A DNA stretch of 64,000 bases. Source: Felis catus (Eukaryota). Each line of letters starts with the position of its first letter. Position 1 is the stretch's first letter. The stretch covers positions 116,190,001-116,254,000 of the forward strand of contig NC_058368.1 in NCBI RefSeq assembly GCF_018350175.1, given 5' to 3'. This document shows positions 50,701 through 63,610 of this stretch, one piece after another. The position numbers and the translations under genes are program-made. Below the pieces are notes generated by a model. That model was not told where the DNA came from, searched no databases, and saw only the letters and a list, made by a program, of their open reading frames with translations.

Positions 50701-53700
50701 ACATCTATCTAGACTACATCTCCCCACTTCTCTTGTAGTTAGGTTTGACCACATGATCAGCTTTTGTCAGTGGAATGTGGATGGAAGTGATAGAATCTCC
50801 CATGCACCATCCTTCATGCACTTCCTCCGTCATAGTGACCTTGGAAGCTGTGTGTTAAAGATGGCAGAGACACAAGATGGAAGGAACTGGGTCCCTGAAC
50901 TGCTACTTGGAAAAGTATCTCCCATTAATTAGGGTTAGGGCCACCCATTTTCGACTTAACCTGAGTGAGAAATAAACTACTGCGACAGGCCCCTGAGGAT
51001 GAGGCTTTGCCTGTTAGAGCAGCTATAGCACTATCATAACTATAGAGCTCCTCACTCTCTCCAGGCCAAGGATACATCTCTAGCCCAGAGCCCATCCCTG
51101 GGCTCAAGACTTGGCTCTACAACTGTGCTCCGATCATTTCTGCCAACAAGGTGGTCTCTACTTTAGACTTCACGCGACCAAAACTAGGCTAGCTGTCTTC
51201 ACCCCCAACCAGCTCCTCCTTCTCCAGAACGGCCCATCTCAGTGGATGGCTCCACTTTCCACCCAGGCATAGAAGCCTAAAACTCAGTCATCCTTGACTC
51301 CTTTTCCCTTTCTGTCATCCTCTGCTTGCCTCCTACATATCTCCTAAATTCCTGTACTTCTTCTCCACTGCTACTACCATCAGACTCTGTAACAGCCACC
51401 AACCACCTGGTCTCCCTATGCTGCTGTAGCTTCCCATCTGGTCCATTCTCTACACTGCAGCCTGAGTCGTCTACCTGAAAGTAGATCTGATCATGCCACC
51501 TCCTACCTACACTTATGTTAGAACCCTGCACCGGCTCCCCAACACTCTGAGGAACCAGTCCAAACTCCCTGGCACAGTTGTGAAGGTCTCTGCATAATCC
51601 GGCCTGGTCTCACTCTGCAGTCTCTTAACCTCTTCTTCTGACTCCATCCCAATGTCTACACTCCTGTCATACCAAACTCATTTCACATCATCCTCCCTCT
51701 CTGTTCTGTTACCTCTGCCTAGAACACTCTTAATAACCCCCTCTTCCCTTAGACCATAGCTGCTCATCCTGCCTTACTTTGAATTTCACTTCCTCAAGGA
51801 AGCGGCCTCCTTGACCCCTGGGCTATGCTCATCAAAGCTGTCTCCACGTTTGGTTGTTATGACGTGTTGATTGTCTATCTTCCCTGTTAGAGCGCAAGCT
51901 CCTAGAGGGTAGGGCCTGGGTCCTGGTCACCCTTGCATGTTTAGCTTCTAGAACAGAGCAGGAATCACTGTATGTGTGTTAAACGAATGCATGTGAGGGC
52001 AGTGAACTAGTTCAATCATTGCCAACTTAAACCTGCTGTGTAGACACTCTTGACGGCCTCTTAGGAATATCAGGCCTCTTTTATGATAGCAAATAGTTAA
52101 TTCTCAGAGTTTCTCTGCAGTCTGAGTCAGTGTGATTAGCTCCTACTTATTAATGAGGAAACAGAGCCCCAGGGGTGCAGGTGATCTGCCCCAGGGAGAC
52201 ACAGAGGTGAGGTAGTCACAGGGCTCCAGCTATGACCACACTACTCCACCTCCCTCTCCCACTTTTCTTGTTTCTGAGCACCAGGCGGAAATGTAATGTC
52301 ATGACACATTGGGGGATTTCTTTCTTTCATTGCATTTTTCTGATGTGACTCCAGCCTGGCAGCTTGGGGGAGCATAGGCCAAAGGAGGAGGGAGGCGGGT
52401 GGTGGGGAGGTTACTGCCGCATTCCTTAGCGGCCTCCGTTTGCATAGCTCTGAGAAAGAAGAAAGAAGTTAGCAAGCTTTGGCAGAAGCACTGGGCATTC
52501 AGCTCCTGTTCTGGCAGCTGCAGAGGCTGAGACTGAACACACGCTCTGCCAAGGCCAGGGAGGCAGGCTCTCTCTCCAGGCTCAAGCTGCCAAGATGAGG
52601 TGGAGGAGGTCAGGGCCTTGGCCTAAGATGGGGAATCACAGAAAGAGTCCCCTTCTTTCTGCCCAGCCTGGAAGCCAGTTGGCCATGAGCCATCATTAAG
52701 TGTGTGTGTACAGGATGGGGGTGGGGGAATAGCGTCAGGGCCTCAGTGCAAAATCTTTCCAGGTTGGAGAGCTGGCGAGGGCATCAGAGAGCCCAAGGGC
52801 TACCTCAAGCCTCTCACCCACCCTGGACATATTGGAGGGGCAGCCCCTAGGAAGATGTCCCCACCCAGCTGTTGGGGCCACTGCCATCACATTCCAGAGC
52901 AGGCCAAGCACCACAGAACGTGGCTTGAGAAAGAGTGTGAGGCCCCACTCACCATGGAAACTGGGCTTCCTAGGAAAAGGTCACATATTTGATGTGGCTG
53001 TCATCCGGGCACCTTAAAGGCAGCACTGTTCCTGTTTTCCTGAGGACACCCGCCAGCAAAGAAGCCCTGAAACAATGGGGGGTGGCAGCTGACCTGTTTG
53101 CTGGCTTTAGGCAGGCCCCTGTCACAGTTTCCCCTTCTCGGCAAAGCCCAGTGCTGCAATCACTTACACATCCCGACTCCAACTTGCATCCGCTGGGACA
53201 ATCCTGCAGGCTGGACCAAGAATCTGGAAAAGAGGGGCTCACAAGACCCATGAGCATAAAAAGAGCAGAGGGCTAGAAGTCAGAGCTTGTTAATAGCTAT
53301 CATGGGTTGAATACTTACTCTACACCAGGCCCTGTGAGAAGTGCTTTATATGCTTTATAATACTCACAAAAACCCTAAGAAAATGGAGGCTTTGAGAGGT
53401 TAAATAATTTGTTCAAGATTATTAAACAACCAGGGGTGCCTGGGTGGCTCAGTCGGTCGAGCGACCGACTTCAGCTCAGGTCATGATCTCATGGTTTGTG
53501 AGTTCAAGCCCCGCGTTGGACTCTGTGCTGACAGCTCAGAGCCTGGAGCCTGCTTCGGATTCTGTGTCTCCCTCTCTCTGCCCCTTCCCCACTCATGCTC
53601 TGTCTCTGTCTCAGAAATAAATAAACATTAAAAAAAAATTTTTTTTATAAAAGATCACTAAACAACCAGAAAGTGGCATGGTTAGGATTTGAACCCAGCT

Positions 53701-56580
53701 TTGTCTGATCCAGAGTCTAAACCCTTCACTTCCACTCTGTCTTCACTCATTCATTTACTCATGCATCATTCATTTGTTCCATTGTCCTCTCATTCATGCT
53801 TGCACCAAACATTTAGTGAGAACTTCTGATATGCTAGGAGCTGTGCTTGGTGCAGGTACACAGAGGTGCAAAAGGACATGCTCCATGACTCCAAGAGTTC
53901 ACAGTGGGAGAAACAGATGAGCAAACAATGACAATACATGGTGTGATGAAAGCCAGGGAGAGGAACACCAAAGCTGCCATGGAAAGGACTAATTTTCCTT
54001 ACAGTGTCCAAGGCTCAGTGCTATGGAAGTATGGAGGAGGAGGTGACTAACACACCGGGACCGAGTGTGGGTGGCAGACTTTCTCCAGAAGGTGCCCAAA
54101 CACACACCTGCAAGAGGATGTTTGTACCTGCAGGGTTGAACTTGGGTCAGGCTTCTCAGGCCTGGAGTTTCGGGGTCCAGAGTCACATCCACGGGGCAGG
54201 AGAGAATACTTACTCCCAAATGAGCCCGATCAGGCCCTCCTTCCCAGGCACAGGGCTTCCCAGGGCCACCAAACTCACTCAGTATCCCCCCCAAAGAAGA
54301 AGTCAGACCTTCATAGAGGGAATTGGATTGAGGTCATGGTTTACATAGCCTTAACTCAGACACTAGGAGCATAAATGAAGAACAAGCTGGTAGTTTCTTC
54401 TTTCTTTCATAGTCCCTATGAAGCCTGCCTGCTGTTTAAAGCCAGGGTCAGCAGAAACAAAAGTAGTCCCTCATTAAAAGGAAGCCAACCCAGTGACTTC
54501 TAGGTTAGGCAAGAAAATAAGGGTTGGGGAAAAGGGTGACTTAATTCCTCCCGTCTGTCTGGTTCCTACACCCACATCATATGTCTTTGGGGAAGCCTCC
54601 CACACAGGCTATGATCCATTAACTACAGCACTCCAGCCCTGAAAGGAGGCCTTTTCCTTAGATGCCCTGTTGCTTAGTAATGGCCAAGATGCTGGGAGGG
54701 AAGAATGGAGGGAGGAAGGGAGGGATGTTCTCCGAAGAGCAAGAGGGCAGCTGGCTTCCTTCGCAGCTGTGTGGGTGGCAGTGAGCTAAGAGGTCCCTGA
54801 TCTCTTCTCCATCAATCAAGGGGCAATCAAGAAAAAATGTGCAATTTTCAAAGTTCAAAAAGAAAATCCAAACCACAACAACCTCCAAATTATATTAATT
54901 TGGTGGTGGCCTCACACTCCGGAAACCAATCATGGAAGGGGCAATTCTAGCTTCTTCCTCCTGCTCTTGGTTGAGGTTAGCCTTTTTTAGTTTCTCCAGT
55001 GTTGGTTTTCAGAGATTTCCACCAGCTGGTGTTCTGTTCCCTGGAGGCATGGCCTGGGCACCTTATCACAGCAAGGAGGAAAACACACGCCTTCTCCTCT
55101 CTTCTCTTTTCAGAGAATGGTGGCCAAGATAGGCGTTGATGGTCAGTGAAGAGCCTGGGGCCTCCTGGGAAGGATGAGAAGCAAAATTACATTAGGTAGC
55201 AGGAGTCCTGAGCAATGTACTTTACTCCTCTGAGCCTCGGGGCCCTCATTCATGAAACTGGGGTTAATTATACCACCACATCCCTAGGGCATCATGAGCA
55301 TTAAATAAGATTCTATAAGAGGAGTGCACTTTGGACTATGAAACAACATATAAATGTCAGGTGTCCTTATTTGCTTCCGGTTTCAGGTCTTCTTTTTTTT
55401 TTTTTTAATGTTTATTTATTTGTTTTTGAGTGGGGGGGGGAGGGAGAGAGGAACAGAGAGAAGGAGAGACAGAGAATCCCAAGCAGGCTCTGCACTATCA
55501 GTGCACGTGGGGCTCAAAATCACAAACCACGAGATCATGACCTGAGCCAAAATCAAGAATCTGATGCTCAACCGACTCAGCCACCCAGGCGCCCCTCAGG
55601 TCCTTCTTATTTACACTTTTGCCTCTTTTTTTTTCCTCCTTGCATCTCCCATCCTTTCATTGCCTTCTCTGTAGTGCCCTCTTTAGCCCCATATGGATTT
55701 AATATGTCCAGAAAACTATTTTCATTTTTTAAAAATTTTGTTTAAAGTTTATTTATTTTGAAAGAGAGACAGGCAGGGGAAGGGCAGAGAGAGAGAGTGA
55801 GGGAATCCCCAGCAGGCTCCACGCTGTCAGTGTAGAGCCTGATGCCAGGCTCAATCCCACGAACCATGACATCATGATCTGAGCTGAAACCAAGAGTCAG
55901 ACCCTTAACCAATTGAGCCACCCAGGTACCCCAGAATTTTTTATTTCTATGGCCCCTGTGAACTCCTCCCTCATTCCTTCCCATCTTGATGAATAGAACC
56001 ATCATTTACCCAGTTTCTCAGATTAAAATCCAAGAAGTCATCCTTGATTCCTCTTTACCCGCAACAACCACATTCAGTCCAACAGCACATCTTACAGGTA
56101 ATTCCTCCAAAACATATCCTGAACTGGATCATTTCTCACCACTGCCTCTGCTACTGCCATAATTCTGGCCACCAGCATGTCTTGCATGCTGGATGAATGC
56201 ATGGGTCTCCCAACTGGTCTTACTCCTTCCATTTTTGTCCCCTAGAACCTCTTCTGTGTATAGCAGAGTCATATTCGTAAAACATAAATCAAATCATATC
56301 ACTCTCCCACTCCAAACACTCCATTGGCTTCCAAATGGTTCACCATGGTCTACAAGGCCTTACATGATCTGGTCCTTGCCTTCCTCTTCAACCTTCAATG
56401 ACTATGCTGCACCCTGGGGGTCTTTTTCTGTCCCTCGTACAAACTATGTTTATTATTGTCTCAAGACTTTCACTTATGCCTCATCTGATCTTGTCCCAGT
56501 CCAGATATTACTTCCTCAGATTGACCTTCCTTGAGCTGCCTATATAAATTAATTCCCAGTGACTCTTCAGCATATCATTC

Positions 56581-56581
<1 letters not shown>

Positions 56582-56619
<38 letters not shown>
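56582..56619 (+). repeat. (TG)n microsatellite
   Basis: Read directly from the sequence. Confidence 0.95.
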
Positions 56620-56622
<3 letters not shown>

Positions 56623-58394
56623 CTTATTTTTGAAGTTATTCTATTTCTTTACTTATACATATATTGTTGATCCATGTATCAGTCTTGTCCACTGTTCTCC
56701 GGTGACAAGAATAGTACTTGGCACGTTATAAGTGCCCACTCAACATTTTGTATGAATGAATGAGTGCCTTTGCTCCAGAAGTATTTCTCCTTCTTTTCTT
56801 CCCTCACCCTCATCCCATCAAAATGTACTCTTCTTCAGAGATTTCATTTCAGATTTCATTTGGAAGGTGATAGGGAGGCCTCCACAAATATTTGCTGAAT
56901 GAATGAAGCTGAAATGAATTACATCAACAAAGAATGCCAGCCTCTGGATGCTTAGCTATTCCCAGAAGTATTAGCATTCTTAAGCAGGAAGCTTGAATTT
57001 CAGGCATTGTTGACAAAGGGAAGAATTTCAGGCCAGCCAAGTTGAGTGATATATTTGGACAGAGATGCTTGCTGTTCCATGGCTTCTTAAACCCACAAAA
57101 ATTTATTAAGACCCTTTAATGCTCCTTTGAAACCAAAGTTGACATTAAAATGTAAAACAGTGGTTGAGAAGCACTGTTTGCATCTAAGGAAAAAATTGTG
57201 GATTAGGAATCAGAAGACTGGGTTTCAATCCCCCATGTGCCACTAATCAGTTCCTTGGGCAAGTAGCTAATGATTACCAACATTTAGTGAGTATCTAGCA
57301 TGTGCCTGGCCCTGGCTTTATTCACACATAACATTTTTGCAATTCCTTGAGGTGGGTGTACCTAGTATCTCTTTTATAGACAGGGAAACAGGTTCAGAGA
57401 AGTCAGGTGTCATGCATGAGGGCACTCCCTAATAAACACCGGGGACAGGACTCAGATCCAAGTTTGTGTCAGCCTGCTCTCCTGTTCCTCCCCCTGTCCC
57501 CTGATGAGGCACCCCACATCTTCTCCTGTGAACGTGTAAACTGGGGGCAGGGAAGAAAACTCTTGGGATCTGAGGAGTTGCTTTCTAAGATCCCTTTCAT
57601 ATGATTTCCTCACTATAGTGTTATTTCAGGATGAATATGGGAAGAAGAGAAAACAAGGCTGGCCCTAAGAACTCATTCGGGAACGTAGTTTAGTGGTTAG
57701 AGTGAAGGCTTGGAAGTTAAAGTTCTGGGTTAAAGTTCTTAGGCATCAACAACACGGGTAGTCAGGGCACCTTCATCCTAGGTTGTGATGAGATGCACCT
57801 GAGACAAAGCCTGTGCAGTGTGTGGCCCAGTGGGCTGTGCTCAGTGAGCACTCTATGACCATCAAATATTTATTAGCCTAATCATGATTGTGATGAACGC
57901 TATAAAAAAAAGTATTGCAAAGGCGGCCAAAAGGGAGGACCATAAGAGAAGAGGCGGATGTTTTTCAGAGCACAGGGGGGCCAGATAACTTCTGCTAGCC
58001 AATTTGGAGAACCAACTGCAAGTTCAGAGGCTCCCAGGGCCTGATATCAACCAAACAGAGGCCCAGGAAGGCTCCGCAGAAGGTAAAGGAGTTCCCAGCA
58101 GCCGCAGCAGAGGCAGGAGAGAGCCCCTGAAAGGCAGGAAGCCTCGAGGCCGCAGGAAACATGAGCTGGAGAAACAAAATGGGTTTGAAAAGCCAAGCCT
58201 GGTTAAGGGCTGGAGGCTTGAAAACTGGAGCAGGAGAGAGAGCCCCGTGAAGAGTTCAAAGTAAGTCACTGCTCCACGGTTTTTTCTGATATCTGTACTA
58301 TTGTCTCTGATTACCAAATTAATATACTGGTACGTTATAGAGCTTTATATGATGCAAATAGCAAAAGAGTCCCCTACCCAAATTTTGAAAAATC

Positions 58395-58940
58395 CTTTTA
58401 TTGCAGTTTAATACATACAGAGAAGAAACGCACAAGCCATATTCGATGAATTTTTCTCATCGTGAATACTCCCAGTAGCCAGCACCCAGATTGTGGAACA
58501 TAACGTTAATCAGAGCTCCACAAGTTGCCCTGTCTTGCCCCCTTCCTGGCACTACAGAGCCCAACAGGAATCTCTTTCCTGATTTGTTTCACCATAGATT
58601 AGTTTTACCTATTTTAAAATTTTAAACAAATACGATCACTAAGAATATACTATTTTGTGTCTGGCTTTCTTCACTCAGTGTTATGTTGTAAGATTCAATG
58701 ATACTGCTATTTAGTAGTTCATTGCATAGATACATGACAATTTATTTATTCATTTCATTGTCAAATATTGATGGGCTTGAGGGTAATTTCCAGTTTTTAA
58801 TTATTGTAAGTAAAGCTAAGATCACTCCTATATACGTTTTTTGGTACATACATGTATTCATTTCTCTTTTGTACACCCCTAGGAGTGGAATTGCTGGGTT
58901 GTAGGATGTACATAGGTTCAGCTCTGGTAGTTGCTACCGC
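58395..58940 (-). mobile_element. Old L1 3' fragment, minus strand
   Basis: cctaggagtggaattgctgggt and tttgtgtctggctttcttcactcag antisense L1 motifs. Confidence 0.7.
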
Positions 58941-60194
58941 ACAAAGTTTTAAAAGCAAGATCTCTGTGTGGGCTCCTGGAGACATTTTAGAGTACCACAA
59001 CTCTCTAAGAGAAGAGAATGAGGAAAGGGCAGTCCGGCGGTGCTTGTCTAATGACCTTCCCATGGATCCCTCTGCCTCCAGTCTACCTAGGACACCATGG
59101 CAAGATGACCTGCTCCAAATTCCACTTTTATCCTGACATCCCCATCCACCCTCCCCGACAGAGGCCCAACCACACTTCCAGGCCAGCATTGGATCACACA
59201 CCTGTGCACTTGCTGGCCTTTGACTGGATTTTAGTCATTTCTTCTATTCACTCATCCAAGTGACAGATATTGAATGCCTACAACTCAATTGCATTGTTTT
59301 AGAATCTGGGATCAGAGCAACGTACACACCCCTACCTCCATGAAGCTAGTATTGTAGCAGGAAGAGATAGACAATAAACAAATAAGAATATGTTAGTGGT
59401 GATAAGGGCTCTGGTGGAAAAGAAAGCGATGTAAGAATAAGAAGAGCAGCGTGGCCAAGGGATGTGCTATTGTCTCATAGTCCATCAGGGAAAGCCTGCA
59501 ATGCAGACGGGATCTAGATTATGTTTTACATGATCACTCTGGCTTTTATGTTGGAAAGGGCTATATGGGAGCAGGAGGAAGAAAGGACACAGGAGGCCAT
59601 TGCAAGATTTCAAGCAAGAGATGATGGTGAATTGGACCAGGGTGATGGTAGGAGCAGTGATGAGAAGTGGCTGCATTCAGCATACGTTCTAAAGGTAGGA
59701 GTGATAGATAAAGGTTTGCTGATAGATGGCTGTACAGCATGAGACGAAGTCAAAGGTACCTTGTTTCCACCAGGGGCAAGGCCTCTTTGCATATACACCG
59801 TAGGACAAGGCTCTGAGTCCAGAGTCTGTTGGCTGAATGGGTGGACGTCTTTCCTGGTTACAGCCAGCCAAACTTTCTATGTGAAAGGTTTATTCTCTGT
59901 TGTCTCGGAGGTAGTAAATATAAGCATTAAGACAAATAATTGGAGTCAGACTGCCAGTCCCAGCTCTGTCACTTACCAACTGTGTATCTTCAGGCAAGTT
60001 ATATAACTTCTCTGAGCTCCCACTTTTGCTTTCTTCTGACCAAGAGCTTCAGTTTTCTCTTTTGGAAAAATGGGACAATGATAGTACCTCCATCACAATG
60101 TTGTCAGGGATACTGAGATAGTGTACATAAAAAGGCCTGGCATAGAGCCTAATGTTGAGTCGGGGCTTAGGAAATATCTGTTAGACCAGTTCCC

Positions 60195-60242
60195 AGTTAA
60201 AACAAGAAGACAGAAATCTATGGAGTAAGGGTTATCTTTATT
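60195..60242 (-). terminator. HBEGF: HBEGF polyadenylation signal and cleavage region
   Basis: AATAAA at 60242-60237, CA dinucleotide about 15 nt downstream, then GU/U-rich gatttctgtcttcttgtttt. Confidence 0.88.
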
Positions 60243-61644
60243 TGAATTGCAAAATATAAATATGAACCAGGTTTGGAAATACAAGTTGTAACAGTTCAGA
60301 AATGGCACCAGAAACTTCCAGAAGGGGCCATGACAGCATGTCTTTTTAGTTTAGGTGAGGTGGGTGGGTTTACACAAAAACCCTCCTCACCTCCAAACTC
60401 TGTAGCAATTGGTAGGTTATCAATTAACAACAACAGCTCCAATGTTTCCTGTTCCTCCTCAGCCTTTTTCTTTGCTAATACCTTCTCTAGATCATCCCCT
60501 GCTGCACTGACCGCTGCATGGAGTAGCACCAGAAGAATGGCAGGAGTAAGAGAAATGTCTTGACACAGGGAAGAGGGAGTGCCCACTCTGCGGGCCTGGG
60601 GCCAGGGGGGGTGAGGAGCCAGGAAAGCTGTAGGCTAGAAGCCCAACCTCTTCTGAGATTTGGCAGGGAAAGGACATAGGGAAACACCGGTATCTGTTAC
60701 ACTTTGACATCAGCACCTTGGGCTTTCAAAACACAAACAGTAGACAAAATCGCCTAGGCAAGACTGCAGTCCAACTCATAGAGTGGATCTGACAAAGTTA
60801 ACTCCTATATCCTGACCTACAGACCTCCCCCTTTGGCACTGTGATTGCGGAAGGTCTTCGGAAACGTAGACAGATAATAGATGACTACAGATGGGTCACA
60901 GAACCATCTCAGGTTTGTGGCAGAGGGGTGCGATGCTGAGCCAGATGGTGGGGCATATTAGGTGGAGGGCCAGGAAATTGCCAAAGTAACAGGCTAGGCA
61001 CTTGAAATATTATTGTTAGATTGTTAAAAACTAAATAAATTAACATACATAGAATAAAATAAATATATAATTTAAGAGGCATCTTACAAACAAACAAACA
61101 AAAAATAGTTGTTATTTTTCCATCTGGGTAGAAGTCCCAAAATTCAGAGTTCTCAGGCTTGTGGTATTTCACAGTTAGCTCATCAAATCCAGCGCTAGAG
61201 GGTCCAAATGGCAGATCCCTTGGTGGCTACTTGAGTACATGGCTTCTCAATCTTTATTACTCTCTTCCAATCCACAAATCTTTCCTTCTTCCTCTCCTTC
61301 CTTTTTTATCAGTCAAAGATCCTGGAGCATATGGAATTTAACTGGCATCTTAATCCAGAAGTTAAGTGTTTAAACAAACTTATGGGGATAAGTGGGGTTT
61401 GGTGGAGAGAATCCGAAGGGCATGAAGGTCTCTCACTTTTGCTTTCTTCTGATCAAGATCCCATTTTGACACATTCAGTTTGGCACTTGAAGGCTCTGGT
61501 ATTTTGGCAAAGCAATTATGGGAGGCCCAATCTAGATAGCAACTGGGGACGAAGGAATCTTCCTGACTAGCTGTGACGTTCTTTCCCTCTGCAGAGTCTA
61601 CGATCAGCTGTGTCTTCTCAGAGGTAGCAGTCCCCAGAAGATTC
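60220..61644 (-). other. HBEGF: HBEGF exon 6, non-coding terminal exon (3'UTR)
   Basis: tcttatgctttag|GAATC acceptor at 61644; repeat-free; AU-rich elements; ends shortly after AATAAA; resembles the human HBEGF 3'UTR as I recall it. Confidence 0.9.
61030..61070 (-). promoter_or_regulatory. AU-rich element cluster in the HBEGF 3'UTR
   Basis: Minus strand TATTTATT around 61060-61064 and overlapping ATTTATTTA at 61040-61032 in a U-rich context. Confidence 0.7.
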
Positions 61645-61858
61645 CTAAAGCATAAGAGGAAGGCATTTAATGCTGGATCCAGTTAATAGGTCTTAAGAGT
61701 TTCCTAGGTCCAGTCTCAGGAAGTAGGAAGATCATCTGTGAAGGGGCAGAAGAAGCGACAAAGATGGAAGATGCTATTGTCTCAGGTATCTCTCTTGGAT
61801 ATTTCTGTGGCAACTGTCACCCCAAGTGGAGATGACCCACTGAAAACCTTTTTGGCCA

Positions 61859-62118
61859 GGGGCAGCTGTGTGGTTTAGTTGGTTAAGCGTCTGACTTCAG
61901 CTCAGGTCATGATCTCGTGGTTTGTGGGTACGAGCCCTGCATTGGGCTCCACAATGGCAGTGTGGGGCCTGCTTGGGATTCTCTCTATCTCTCCCTCTAT
62001 CTCTGCCCTCCCCACTTGTGCACTCTCCCCCCCCCCAAAAAATAAACAAACTTTTTTGTTGTTTATTTATTTTGAGAGGGAAAAAGAGTACATGTGAACA
62101 GGGGAAGGGCAAAGAGAC

Positions 62119-62167
<49 letters not shown>

Positions 62168-62292
62168 CAAGCAGGCTCCATGCTGACAGAGCAAAGCTCA
62201 ACTCGGGACTTGATCTCACTAACTGCGAGATCATGACTTGAGCCAAAATCAAGAGTCAGATGCTTAACCAACTGAGCCACCCAGGTGACCCT
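61859..62292. mobile_element. Tail-to-tail pair of CAN-SINEs in HBEGF intron 5
   Basis: Plus copy about 61859-62050 and minus copy about 62060-62292. Confidence 0.88.
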
Positions 62293-62390
62293 ACCAAAAA
62301 CCTTTTTGAAAACCATTCTGCAAGGAGACCCTAACTCCACAGTAGCCTATCCTCCAACCTGTAGGTCAAGAGAAGAATTCAGCATGCCTT

Positions 62391-62646
62391 GGGGCGCCTG
62401 GGTGGCTCAGTCGGTTGAGCGTCCGACTTCAGCTCAGGTCACGATCTCGCGGTTCATGAGTTCGAGCCCCGCGTCAGGCTCTGGGCTGATGGCTCAGAGC
62501 CCCGTGTCAGGCTCTGGGATGATGGCTCAGAACCTGGAGACTGCTTCCGATTCTGTGTCTCCCTTTCTCTCTGCCCCTCCCCCATTCATGCTCTGTCTCT
62601 CTCTGTCTCAAAAATAAATAAACATTAAAAAAAAATAAAAAAAAAA
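62391..62646 (+). mobile_element. Felid SINE with an internal 33-bp tandem duplication, in HBEGF intron 5
   Basis: TSD aagaattcagcatgcctt at 62373-62390 and 62647-62664. Confidence 0.92.
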
Positions 62647-62738
62647 AAGAATTCAGCATGCCTTGAAACAGATCTAGGAAAGATGGTGATGGTGCCAGGG
62701 GGCAAAGGATGGACCATTACCTTGAGCACTGGTCTCTC

Positions 62739-62811
62739 TCAGTGGGAAGTAGTCATGCCCAACTTCACTTTCTCTTCATTTTCCACATCATAACCACCTC
62801 TCCTATGGTAC
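62739..62811 (-). CDS. HBEGF: proHB-EGF exon 5 coding part, cytoplasmic tail (R)YHRRGGYDVENEEKVKLGMTTSH*; the exon continues as UTR to the donor at 62721
   Basis: ctccttcag|G acceptor; phase compatible with exon 4 (CG|G); TGA at 62741-62739; CAAG|gtaatg donor after 62721. Confidence 0.97.
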
Positions 62812-63610
62812 CTGAAGGAGACAAGTTTTGTGAGCAAGATTTGCCTGCTTTGATAGGGTGTGGGTCCAGAGAAGGTCCTTCTAAAGGACACTGCAATGGT
62901 CGTTCTGTCCGTTACTTGGATAAGCCAAGAGGGTATGGCAGCCCAACAGACCTCTGGTCAAACGCCCAACTTGCCCCAGGGAATACCTGTCTCTAACAGC
63001 AAAAGCTATAATTTGCTGAGAACTTTCACCTCATTTACAGGATCCTCACAACATCCTGATGAGGTAGGTAGACAGAGATTACAATCACTGTAAGATTATA
63101 ACCCTCAGAAAGACAGGCAACTTGGTCCAGGTCTCACGACAGATAATTTACACTGCTTGAAAACAGGCACAGAGTGCTTGGCAGGTTTCTCCCAGTCTAG
63201 AACATAACCTGGACTAGAAACATGGCCTGGGGTCAAGATGCCTCAGAATTAGAAGACTATACCAATAACCATATACCACCCAAGCTCTATCAAACCACAT
63301 ACTAATGCCACCAAAGAACAGGGCAAAGAGAAAGAACTGTGTGAAGAGGTGGATCCATGGATGGGTTACTGTGCCTGCTATGAGAAGCAGGAGCTGCTAT
63401 GGCCTCACAATTTTTGCCCTGTGCTCTGGACACCGGATTCATGTCATGCCAGAGAAGCCGGGTTCCCAGAGAACCTGTACTCCAGAATGTCGGTCAAATG
63501 CCTAGCCCCGAGTTTGGGAGGTTGGAGGGCTCATGTGATCACAGGCAGAAGACCCAGGAGGAAGGATGGAAGTGACACGCAGAAACAGCCTGCAGGGGCC
63601 CAATACTCAC

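Noticed and set aside
59767..59778. CTCF-like CCACCAGGGGCA just past the HBEGF 3' end
   Set aside because: One base short of the core spacing; too weak without ChIP data.
60296..60586. 96-aa ORF in the HBEGF 3'UTR with a hydrophobic, signal-like stretch
   Set aside because: GTG start far downstream of the main stop; no evidence of translation. It would need Ribo-seq or frame conservation.
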